A stretch of DNA of 64,000 nt from an uncultured Calditrichaceae bacterium (GTDB taxonomy: Bacteria > Calditrichota > Calditrichia > RBG-13-44-9). The position numbers were made by a program, and so were the translations under genes. The stretch is from the NCBI GenBank assembly GCA_964452045.1, contig CAYVKM010000005.1, positions 2,945-66,944 of the forward strand. The letters are read 5' to 3'. The notes under the pieces were generated by a model that was not told the DNA's origin, ran no database searches, and saw only the letters and a program-made list of their open reading frames with translations. Positions 46,315 through 54,926 of this stretch are shown here, piece by piece. The stretch's first letter is position 1; every line of letters begins with the position of its first letter.

Positions 46315-47703
46315 ATGAAAAAATATTTTCCTTTACTTGTACTCTTGATGTTCATTTTTTGGGGGCTGTTCAGTTGTAACAGTCCAACAGATTCGGATGA
46401 GCCAAATCCGGAAAATATGGTGGTACTATCAGGTCAGGTGCAAAATTCGGAAACAGCGACACCGATTGCGAATGCTGTGGTAATTCTTTTGGATTATTCC
46501 CCGGAGCAATCCACCGTTACCGATGCCCAGGGCATGTTTACCCTGGAATTTGAAGTGGACCAAACGGCTGATGTAAGAGTGGTAGCTTTCAAGGCAACCT
46601 TTATTGCAGATACGATCTCGGTATTAGCTGTACCCGGGCAAACCATCGATGATCTTCAATTAAACTTAACCGCAACTTCCGGAACACCTGTAACAAGTGG
46701 ATCTGCTGCAAGTATTATTTTATCGACAGTATCAGTGTCCAGCATAGGTGTTCGAGAGAGTGGATCTCCGGAAGTCGCCGAAATTACTTTCGAAGTACAG
46801 GATTCTATGGGAGTACCGGTTGATGTTGAGCATGCGGTTACGGTAGACTTTGAGCTGGGTTCCTCACCTGGTGGCGGGGAATTTTTAAGTCCGCTGAGTG
46901 CCGAAACCGGTCCCAATGGTAAAGTCAGTACCAGTATCTTCAGTGGTACGGTATCGGGAGTCGTTCAGGTTATGGCATCGGTCGACGAGGGTGGTACGGT
47001 TATTAGGTCACTTCCTGTTGCGATTGCCATCCATGGGGGATTACCGGATTCTACTCATTTTAGTATTGCGGTGGAAAAGCTGAATTTCCCGGGTTATAAC
47101 ATTTATGGATTGACCGATGGGATTACAGCTTACGTCGGTGATAAGTACGGAAATCCGGTAAGACCCGAAACGGCGGTTTATTTTACCACCACCGGTGGCA
47201 TTATTGAAGGATCTGCTTTAACCGATCTTATGGGCCGTGCATCAGTCGATCTGATGTCTGCAGATCCCAAACCATTTCACCCGGTATATGGTGCCGGTTT
47301 CGCAACTGTAACCGCCCGAACTGCAGATGAAAACCAGAATACTATAGAGAGCAGCGGAATTGTCCTCTTCTCAGGAATTCCGCAAATTTCTGTCAATCCA
47401 ACATCATTTAATATTCCCAATCAAGGTAGTCAGTCTTTTGTTTGTACAGTGTCTGACCAGAATGATAACCCATTAGCTGGTGGAACGAGTATAAGGGTCT
47501 CTGTGGAAACAGGTGATGTCGAGGCTGTAGGAAATACTGATATAACTCTTCCTGATACCCAGAGTCCAGCCTGGACTAATTTTGGATTTTCTTTGGTAGA
47601 TTCAGCTCCTGATTCGAATCAGGTCAATAACGTCAGCGTCAAAATCAGTACTACTGGTCCAAATGGTAATTTAGAAGTTTCAATTTCGGGAATTGCCCAC
47701 TAA
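46315..47703 (+). CDS. Lipoprotein with carboxypeptidase-regulatory-like and Ig-like (Big) beta-sandwich domains
   Basis: Lipobox LFSC. VLSGQVQNSETATPIANAVVILL...TDAQGMFTLEF is CarboxypepD_reg-like. Repeated ~90-aa Thr/Ser/Val-rich beta segments follow. Last gene before the strong terminator. Confidence 0.55.
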   Translation: MKKYFPLLVLLMFIFWGLFSCNSPTDSDEPNPENMVVLSGQVQNSETATPIANAVVILLDYSPEQSTVTDAQGMFTLEFEVDQTADVRVVAFKATFIADTISVLAVPGQTIDDLQLNLTATSGTPVTSGSAASIILSTVSVSSIGVRESGSPEVAEITFEVQDSMGVPVDVEHAVTVDFELGSSPGGGEFLSPLSAETGPNGKVSTSIFSGTVSGVVQVMASVDEGGTVIRSLPVAIAIHGGLPDSTHFSIAVEKLNFPGYNIYGLTDGITAYVGDKYGNPVRPETAVYFTTTGGIIEGSALTDLMGRASVDLMSADPKPFHPVYGAGFATVTARTADENQNTIESSGIVLFSGIPQISVNPTSFNIPNQGSQSFVCTVSDQNDNPLAGGTSIRVSVETGDVEAVGNTDITLPDTQSPAWTNFGFSLVDSAPDSNQVNNVSVKISTTGPNGNLEVSISGIAH

Positions 47704-47742
47704 AGACCATCACGTGGCGGCAGCATAATACATCCTCTTCCA

Positions 47743-47771
47743 AAGGGCACAGTTCATGTGCCCTTTTTTTA
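47743..47771 (+). terminator. Intrinsic terminator closing the T4P-like locus
   Basis: 9-bp stem AAGGGCACA / TGTGCCCTT with loop GTTCA, followed by a T-run ending at 47770. Confidence 0.8.
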
Positions 47772-47947
47772 TTATCCATTGAAAAATCACCGTATAAAGT
47801 CCTGGCTGAACTTATTTACCGGATCATTCGTTTTTAATCTGGTGATTCAAATTTATATTTAGTTGAATCCATTCGGAAAAGGGAGTAGAATAAAGTGGGA
47901 AATTTAGTGGAAATCAGAAAGTACTAGAATTAAATGGATGAGGTAAA

Positions 47948-48748
47948 TTGAACTGGGGTTTAACCTGCTTTTTTGAAAATATCAGAGATTTTGGCCAGGT
48001 GGCTGACATACTTCCGGATTCACCCATTCGCTATGTAGAGATCCGGGGAGAACGTCCCTTTTTCTCCCCAGTGGATATAAGCGAAGAAGATCTTCGGTTT
48101 ATAAAAGAAGTGATTAAAAAAGCGGGTTTAAAGGTTACTCTACACGCTACTTTCTACGACATCAATCTTGCCAGCATGAATCCCTTTTTACAGGACGCCA
48201 ACCTGAAATGTTATCTGGAATATTTACGACTAGCCGAAGCTATTGGTGCGGAAATTGTGGTGGTTCATGGGGGATTAATTCATAAGGATGCAGTGGGTAT
48301 TCAAAAATTATCTCAAATTGGCCGGGAGAACCTGGTTCAAAATTTAAGAAAATTGGGGGATGCTGCATCCCAAAAGGGGATTCGAATCGGGTTAGAGAAT
48401 TCTCCCCCGAATAAAAATGTTCTGCTGATTCCGGGCTGGAATGAACAGATCAGCATTCTTAAAGAAGTGGATCATCCCGCGGTTGGAGCGGTGTTTGATA
48501 TGGCACATGCTCATCTGCACGACCTTAACCTGGCTGAGTATTTCGAACAGATTGAAAAGTATTTAATCGAAATTCATATTCATAATAATAATGGCCGGGA
48601 AGACCTGCATCTGGGAATAAATCGAGGAGAGATCGATTACGGTTTGTTTTTCCGGGAGTATGCCACCGACGTACCGATAATCATGGAAATTCGGAATATC
48701 TCTGAGGCGATGGAAAGCATTGAATGGGTTCGGAATTTTGAAAGGTAG
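47948..48748 (+). CDS. Sugar phosphate isomerase/epimerase (xylose isomerase-like TIM barrel)
   Basis: TTG start after GAGG. AP-endonuclease-2/TIM pattern: VTLHA, VVVHGG, IGLEN and FDMAHAH, the metal-ligand-like positions. Confidence 0.7.
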   Translation: MNWGLTCFFENIRDFGQVADILPDSPIRYVEIRGERPFFSPVDISEEDLRFIKEVIKKAGLKVTLHATFYDINLASMNPFLQDANLKCYLEYLRLAEAIGAEIVVVHGGLIHKDAVGIQKLSQIGRENLVQNLRKLGDAASQKGIRIGLENSPPNKNVLLIPGWNEQISILKEVDHPAVGAVFDMAHAHLHDLNLAEYFEQIEKYLIEIHIHNNNGREDLHLGINRGEIDYGLFFREYATDVPIIMEIRNISEAMESIEWVRNFER

Positions 48749-49418
48749 TGAAGTATGTGTGGGATTGGATCCCTCTTCCGGGGAAGAGAATGCCTCCGGA
48801 ATTGCAATAATCGATGAAATCGGTACGGTGCTTCACCTTGGAATATGGAGAAGTTTCCAGGAACTTCTCCATATTCTCGGTCCGTTTCAGAAAAATATTC
48901 TAACCATTGCTATTGATGGGCCATTACAGCCACCAGCTGAACTGGATTACTGTTGCTTTTCCGATCCGCCCAAACCGTGTAGTCATAGGCAGACCACACC
49001 TTACAAAGGCCGTTATGCAGAATATCTGTTAAACCGGAATGGATTTAGATGCTTCACAACTTCGAGGCAAAGTTTTGCCCGGCGATGGATCAGACGTTGT
49101 TTTGAGTTAAATCAGTATTTGAAGGTATTGCATTACAGAACCATTGAGGTCTATCCTACTACGGCCCGAAAAATTTTGTTTCCCAGTATTTTGGGTTCAA
49201 AGAAACTGCTTCGTAACAGACAGAAGTTGCAGGAAGACCTAAAAACAGTCGGAATAATAGTTCCTCATTCCCTTATAGTGTATTCGGATCATGAGCTGGA
49301 TGCCGCGCTGGCTGCTTATACTGCCTTATTGGAGCAGAAAGGGGGTAGTATAAAAATTGGTAATAAACAGGATGGATATATCATACTGCCTGAAACGGGA
49401 CTAAAATTTCTGAATTAA
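48720..49418 (+). CDS. Predicted RNase H-fold protein (DUF429-like)
   Basis: VGLDPSS...ASGIAIIDE...IAIDGPL pattern and C-terminal SDHELDAALAAYTA resemble DUF429-type proteins. The listed start overlaps the upstream gene by 29 nt, and GTG 48759 is an alternative start. Confidence 0.4.
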   Translation: MNGFGILKGSEVCVGLDPSSGEENASGIAIIDEIGTVLHLGIWRSFQELLHILGPFQKNILTIAIDGPLQPPAELDYCCFSDPPKPCSHRQTTPYKGRYAEYLLNRNGFRCFTTSRQSFARRWIRRCFELNQYLKVLHYRTIEVYPTTARKILFPSILGSKKLLRNRQKLQEDLKTVGIIVPHSLIVYSDHELDAALAAYTALLEQKGGSIKIGNKQDGYIILPETGLKFLN

Positions 49419-49540
49419 TCCCCTTGATACATAGTTGAAAATGGTAAATTGGCTGAATTCAAATCAGGACGATTTCAATTTATCTCGCGTTGATTTTTGG
49501 GAATTGATCTTTTAAATTTCCCATTCAAAATAATGGAAAA

Positions 49541-51394
49541 ATGGAGGATATGTTGTTGAAATCATTTAACTATATCATTCTGGCAGTGCTTCTGTCTTTG
49601 AATATTCTCTTTGCCCAGTCAACAGATGCTACCCTATTTCGAGATGGTGTCAATTTTTATAAGAACAGTCAATACGATAAGGCTCAGCGAACTTTTATTC
49701 AGATCCTGAAGGATTATCCAAATTCCAGCTTACAGACCGCCACAAAATTGATGCTGGCCAAATCCTTTTATAAATTAGGAGATTACAAGTCCTCCCGGTT
49801 GGTTGTGGATAATTTTATCAAAAATTATCGCTTTAGCGATTATCTGGACGACATTTACTTTCTCAAAGGTAAAATTGATTTTCGGCAGAGTGATTATGAA
49901 TCGGCAGTAAATAACTGGTTGTGGATTATCTATAATGAAAGCGATGCCCGGCTTAAAAAGAAAGCGGGAGAGTTTATCTTTTATACGATGGAAGATAATC
50001 TGACAGAAAAGGAAATCAGCAATCTGAGTGATCGATATCCTGATGATACTTTCCGGGGCCTGGTCGAAATAGTAAAAGCACAAAAATTAATTGACGCCGG
50101 TCAGGAGGAAGAGGGGGAACAGATACTTAAACTATTCATTGCGGATTATCCCTATCATATTTATGCGGATGTTGCCAAGAGGCTTTTAAGAGGAGAAATG
50201 GGTGCCAATTTAAGCAGTAACCGGATATTAATCCTGGAATCCGGAGAAAATTCCAGTAAGGCTGTCAACGAGGCGATTGCCAAAGGTTTTTATTATGCTG
50301 CCTATGAAATGTCCGAGCGGGATCGAAATAAAGCTGTTCAGATTGACACACTCACCCTGGATCAGGATCCGCTTCCCGCCATCCAAAAAGCCATGCCGGT
50401 TCTTGATAAATATCAGCCATTGGCTGTACTGGGTCCGGTTGACGATGTTGAGAATACCATTTTTACCCTGCTGTCCAAATACGAAAGTTTTCCTTTTATC
50501 TCCCCGGTAAGTGCCCAAAAAGGGCTGGCCGCGATCAGTCCATACGCTTTCCAGATAAATCCCGATGCCGAAATCAAAGGAAAATATCTGGCGAATTATG
50601 CCGTGAAGGATTTGAATTTTAAGACCTTCGCTATCCTGGCTCCTGCCGATCCCTATGGTCAGGCAATGGTCAAAGGATTTGAGGAAACCGTGCAGGACAG
50701 CGGTCGGGAGGTGGTGGAGAAACAATGGTACTACCAAGATACTCAGGATTTTTCCCGGCAGTTGAAAGCGATACGTAAGAAGGGTTTCTATATCATTTTT
50801 CGAGATTCGGTGTTAACTGCCGATTCATTGTTGACCGATGAAGAGATCCAGGAACAATTCAAACAGTATCTCACTGAAACGCTATTTGCCGATGAATCCA
50901 GACATGAGATTGATTCAACCCAGGTACCATCTACCGGGATCGATGCCCTGTTTATCATTACTTATCCCGAGTATGTTCCGTTTATTGGGCCGCAATTTGC
51001 CTTCCAGAATATCAGGACGACCCTGCTTGGTAATGAGGGATGGAACGTCCCGGATCAACTGATTCAGCAAAGGGTTTACCTGGATGGGCTAATTTTTATT
51101 TCGCCCGGTTATTTTGATCCCGAATCCTGGAATTACCGGACTTTCCTCAGTCGTTTTCGCCAGCAAATGCAGACCACACCGGATAAGTATCATCTGTTGG
51201 GATATGATATCGGCAAGTGGATGTTGTCCCATTATCGTTCCGGCATGAGCCGCCGGGAATTTCGGGATGTCCTTGCCGCGAGCGGTATGTACGAAGGCAT
51301 TCTGGAAAATATAAAATTTGGTTTAAAACCCCGGGTAAATTCGGAATTAAATATTATCCGGTTTTATCTGGGACAATTTTTAAAAGTAAAATGA
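49541..51394 (+). CDS. TPR + type 1 periplasmic-binding-fold protein (LpoA-like / branched-chain amino-acid-binding-like)
   Basis: Signal peptide, then N-terminal YfiO/TPR-like repeats. The C-terminal ~380 aa have the Peripla_BP_6-like alternating beta-alpha pattern. Confidence 0.5.
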   Translation: MEDMLLKSFNYIILAVLLSLNILFAQSTDATLFRDGVNFYKNSQYDKAQRTFIQILKDYPNSSLQTATKLMLAKSFYKLGDYKSSRLVVDNFIKNYRFSDYLDDIYFLKGKIDFRQSDYESAVNNWLWIIYNESDARLKKKAGEFIFYTMEDNLTEKEISNLSDRYPDDTFRGLVEIVKAQKLIDAGQEEEGEQILKLFIADYPYHIYADVAKRLLRGEMGANLSSNRILILESGENSSKAVNEAIAKGFYYAAYEMSERDRNKAVQIDTLTLDQDPLPAIQKAMPVLDKYQPLAVLGPVDDVENTIFTLLSKYESFPFISPVSAQKGLAAISPYAFQINPDAEIKGKYLANYAVKDLNFKTFAILAPADPYGQAMVKGFEETVQDSGREVVEKQWYYQDTQDFSRQLKAIRKKGFYIIFRDSVLTADSLLTDEEIQEQFKQYLTETLFADESRHEIDSTQVPSTGIDALFIITYPEYVPFIGPQFAFQNIRTTLLGNEGWNVPDQLIQQRVYLDGLIFISPGYFDPESWNYRTFLSRFRQQMQTTPDKYHLLGYDIGKWMLSHYRSGMSRREFRDVLAASGMYEGILENIKFGLKPRVNSELNIIRFYLGQFLKVK

Positions 51395-51433
51395 AGCCGG
51401 TCTTTTTAGAGAACAATATCTTCCTGTTTTTAT

Positions 51434-51691
51434 ATGAAGTGTGAACTCTGTGGCCGGGAAGTTGAAAACTACACTGTGCATCATCTGATCCCTAAAAGTT
51501 AAAATGGTGGCCAGAGTCCCACCGCTATTTTATGTCACGCCTGCCACCGGACAGTCCATCGTTCTTTTACCAACAAAGAACTGGCAGAATCGTTTTTCAC
51601 CATCGAACGGCTCAGATCGCGACCGGAAATTAGGCGTTTTGTTGCCTGGGTCAGGAAACAGGATCCGTATAAACGAATCAAAGTTTCTTGA
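51434..51691 (+). pseudogene. Small HNH endonuclease gene interrupted by one in-frame TAA
   Basis: My own translation of one frame: MKCELCGREVENYTVHHLIPKS-TAA(51500-51502)-NGGQSPTAILCHACHRTVHRSFTNKELAESFFTIERLRSRPEIRRFVAWVRKQDPYKRIKVS-TGA(51689-51691). This gives CxxC...HH...CxxCH..VH, the HNH zinc-finger layout. Both halves are in the same frame. Confidence 0.7.
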
Positions 51692-51821
51692 CCAATGGAT
51701 TATGAAATAAATCAAATAAATCAGTGTTTAGAGGTCGGAAATATTAATATGGGATCTGTGAAGAATTATATAGCCCTTTTTGTGGGTGAAGGTCTTTTGG
51801 AGAATATTGAAGATTACCGAC

Positions 51822-52199
51822 CTACTTTTTTTCAGCCTTTTTGGAATAGACCTTGACAAACTCCTGTTTGTACATTTGCTGGGTAAAGAGGACAGTCCGC
51901 TCTTCCGCCTGCTGAATATTTTCGCCGTATTTTTCCTGTAACCGGTCGCAGATAGCCAGGATATTCAATTTACCATCAAAAAGTTGCCAGATAAATGTTC
52001 CGATTTCGTCCAGATGAATTCTCTGGGCGGGAGATTTGGGTTTCGGTAAAAATTTCCGGGTAAACCAATTTTCCGGGTGTGGAACAATTAATACGACATG
52101 AGATTTTTCATCCATTTCATATTCTACCTGACGAATGGGATAGAGCGATAGCCAGTCAGAAATTATTTGCTCCCGATCCGGATTGTTTTTCTGCTTCAT
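51822..52199 (-). CDS. PqqD family (RRE-like) protein with N-terminal extension
   Basis: The C-terminal 70 aa (IHLDEIGTFIWQLFDGKLNILAICDRLQEKYGENIQQAEERTVLFTQQMYKQEFV) fit the PqqD pattern. The start codon overlaps the upstream stop (TGATG). Confidence 0.6.
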   Translation of the reverse strand: MKQKNNPDREQIISDWLSLYPIRQVEYEMDEKSHVVLIVPHPENWFTRKFLPKPKSPAQRIHLDEIGTFIWQLFDGKLNILAICDRLQEKYGENIQQAEERTVLFTQQMYKQEFVKVYSKKAEKK

Positions 52200-53554
52200 C
52201 AGCTTACTTTCATTTTTAAATAACGATTCAGGGTTTTGTGGTCAATCTTGAGTATTTCTGCAACCGTACCTTTTTTCTGATACTTTTCAAATAATTCCAA
52301 GGCGTACAGAGCTGCCATCTCCTTCAAGCTATAGTCCCGTTGAACACTTTTTGATATTACTTTAATTTTTTCATTATATTGTTTTGCCAGCACATCCTTA
52401 ACAGATATTTTCTCCGGGTGAAAAACCAGGATATTGGTAATCGAGTTTTTTAACTCCCGAAGATTACCTTTCCAGGTCAAATTTTCTAAAAGCGGATAAA
52501 TCTCCGGATCGATTTCGGGAATGCCTAAATTTTCCTTGCTACAAATATCCCGGACAAAATGGTCAAAATAAAGTTGAATGTCTTCCCTGCGCTCAGTTAA
52601 AGGGGGGATATTAATCAGAAACCCGGCTAATCTGAAATACAGATCCTTCCGAAAATTTTCCCTTTCTACCTCATCGGACAGATCATGGCTGGTGGTGGCC
52701 ATAATCCGGATGTCGACCTCAATTTTATCTCTGCCGCCCAGTGGAAAAAAGCTTTTCTCTTCAATTACCTGAAGTAGTTTTGCCTGAATGGAAGGTGATA
52801 AATCGCCAACCTCGTCAAGTAATAAAGTTCCTCCATCCGCAGCTTTAAATTTACCTTTTGAGCTTCTGTCTGCGCCGGTATATGCACCACGCACGTGACC
52901 GAACAATTCATTTTCTGCCAGTTCTGGGGAAAGGTTGGCACAATTAATCGTCACAAACGGTTTATTCGCTCTGGGGGATAATTGATGAATATATCTGGAC
53001 AGGTAATTTTTACCGGATCCGGTGGGCCCAATAATAAGAAGCGGCAAATCGCTGGAACTTACATTTTTCGCTGTTTGGCGCAAAGATTTTGCGGTTTCGC
53101 TCTCACCTAAAATTGAAAATTCTTCGGTGGTTTTGCGCAATTCAGCGCTCAAATATTTATTCTCCCTTTCCAGAGTTATCAGTTCGTATGCCTTTTTGAT
53201 AAGTACGGGTAATTCGAATTCGAGGCTTTCGGTTTTTTCGAAGACGGCATAGACACCGGAGTTCTGAACTTTGCGCAGTAATTCTCTGTCGGTGTAGGCG
53301 CTGACGACAATTATTTTGCAATCGATTTTTTGTTTGATAATTTCCTGGATGGTATCAATACCTTCCTGGGGACCTGGAAGACCCAGATCCATAATCACCA
53401 CGTCGAAATAACCATTACTTAAAGCAGAAATTGCCTCCGACCGGTTGGCACAAAAGGTGGGTTGAAATTCGTTTTTAAGCCATACTTTGAATAAACGACG
53501 CCAGTTTAATTGATCTTCCACCACTAAAATGTTTGGCGTGATTTCAGAAATCAT
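52199..53554 (-). CDS. Sigma-54-dependent response regulator (NtrC family: REC + AAA+ + Fis-type HTH)
   Basis: REC: ILVVEDQ, VVIMDLGLPG. AAA+: GPTGSGKN, ENELFGH, GAYTGA (GAFTGA variant), LLLDEVGD. C-terminal HTH: GTVAEILKIDHKTLNRYLK. Confidence 0.9.
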   Translation of the reverse strand: MISEITPNILVVEDQLNWRRLFKVWLKNEFQPTFCANRSEAISALSNGYFDVVIMDLGLPGPQEGIDTIQEIIKQKIDCKIIVVSAYTDRELLRKVQNSGVYAVFEKTESLEFELPVLIKKAYELITLERENKYLSAELRKTTEEFSILGESETAKSLRQTAKNVSSSDLPLLIIGPTGSGKNYLSRYIHQLSPRANKPFVTINCANLSPELAENELFGHVRGAYTGADRSSKGKFKAADGGTLLLDEVGDLSPSIQAKLLQVIEEKSFFPLGGRDKIEVDIRIMATTSHDLSDEVERENFRKDLYFRLAGFLINIPPLTERREDIQLYFDHFVRDICSKENLGIPEIDPEIYPLLENLTWKGNLRELKNSITNILVFHPEKISVKDVLAKQYNEKIKVISKSVQRDYSLKEMAALYALELFEKYQKKGTVAEILKIDHKTLNRYLKMKVS

Positions 53555-53561
53555 TCTAAAA

Positions 53562-54851
53562 TTATAATTCTAATTTAACTACAACTGGTATTTCCTGCCG
53601 GAGTTGCGTCAGCCACTCCTTAAAATCGTTTTCCCTTTTCTTTTGCAGCGCCCACTGTTCAATTTGTTCCCAATCGTTTTTTAAACTAATTGGCCGAGCC
53701 TCCTGGCGCTTATCTAAACGAACAATATGATATCCAAATTCAGTTTTAAATGGTTTACTGATTTCACCTACTTTTAATCCGGCTATAGCAGTTTCAAATT
53801 CTTTCATCTGGAATGCTCCCGTTTCGAATTCACCCAGATGCCCCTGATCGTTCTGAACATTAGGATCAACCGAATACTTCACGGCCATTTGCTCGAAAGT
53901 ACTGTCCCCATCGATTATTTTTTGTCTGATGGTATCGAGCTTATTAATTACCAGTTGCTCGTCCTGTAGCGTAGGTTGAAGTTGTATCAGAATATGCCGG
54001 ACATGGATCCGTTCCCCCTGCCGTTCAATCAGCTGAATGATATGGAATCCGAACTGAGTTCGAATGATAGTGGAAATTTCCCCCTCTTTAAGACTAAAAG
54101 CGGTTTCTTCAAACTCTTTGACCAGAGTGCCCCGGGAAACAAAACCTAGGTCTCCGCCATTTCTGGCCGATCCCGGATCCTCAGAATATTTGCGGGCTAA
54201 TTCGGCAAAATCTTCCCCGGCTTCTAGTTTCTTTTTAATTTCCTCGATTTTCTCATAAGCCGCCTGAGCACTTTCTTCACTAGGTTTTACATTCATCAGA
54301 ATATGGCTGATATCCACGGTCGATTTCCGGGCAGGTAAACTGTCCTTATAGGTATTGTAGAATTGTTCTACTTCTTTCCGGGAAATTTTGATATCGCTGA
54401 ATTTTTTCTCCCGTAACATGCCGATACGCATTTGGTTCTCAATTTCTTTGCGCATATCATTTTTTATTTTAAAAAGGGGAGCAGAATAGTATTCTTCCAA
54501 TTTGTCTTCCGAACCAGCCTGCTGTACCAGGTAATCCATTTGCTGATTCAAGGTTTGTTCCACCCGGTCCTCGTCGGCATTAATAGTATCCTCATCTGCT
54601 TTAATCAACAATAATTTCTGGTCAATCAATGATTCCAGAAATTGCTTCCGCAAGGATTCATAGAGATCCGGTTTACGGGAGAGGTCGATTTTATTTTGAA
54701 ATGCATACTGGACAACCAAACCGTTGATATCGGAAATAAGGACGATGTCATCACCCACAATAGCAGCAATGCCATCCATAATTTGTTGTCCCCGGACTGA
54801 GCTGAAGAGAATTGCTAATGTTAGTCCTGTTAATAGAAAGTATTTTTTCAT
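53562..54851 (-). CDS. surA: SurA-like periplasmic chaperone / parvulin peptidyl-prolyl isomerase (two PpiC domains)
   Basis: Signal peptide and SurA_N-like region. Two parvulin domains (GGDLGFVSRG...FGFHIIQL and GHLGEFETG...FGYHIVRL). Confidence 0.8.
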   Translation of the reverse strand: MKKYFLLTGLTLAILFSSVRGQQIMDGIAAIVGDDIVLISDINGLVVQYAFQNKIDLSRKPDLYESLRKQFLESLIDQKLLLIKADEDTINADEDRVEQTLNQQMDYLVQQAGSEDKLEEYYSAPLFKIKNDMRKEIENQMRIGMLREKKFSDIKISRKEVEQFYNTYKDSLPARKSTVDISHILMNVKPSEESAQAAYEKIEEIKKKLEAGEDFAELARKYSEDPGSARNGGDLGFVSRGTLVKEFEETAFSLKEGEISTIIRTQFGFHIIQLIERQGERIHVRHILIQLQPTLQDEQLVINKLDTIRQKIIDGDSTFEQMAVKYSVDPNVQNDQGHLGEFETGAFQMKEFETAIAGLKVGEISKPFKTEFGYHIVRLDKRQEARPISLKNDWEQIEQWALQKKRENDFKEWLTQLRQEIPVVVKLEL

Positions 54852-54926
54852 TCTGTATCTATTTCCATTTTCTTAATTATTTGATTGAATAAGATTAACT
54901 ATAACCCTTAAGATTTCTAATGCCAA

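Noticed and set aside
51504-51710. 68-aa ORF listed in the track (MVARVPPLFYV...)
   Set aside because: It is in a different frame from the HNH-like coding signal. The adjacent frame gives a clean CxxC..HH..CxxCH..H protein interrupted by one TAA, which explains the region better.
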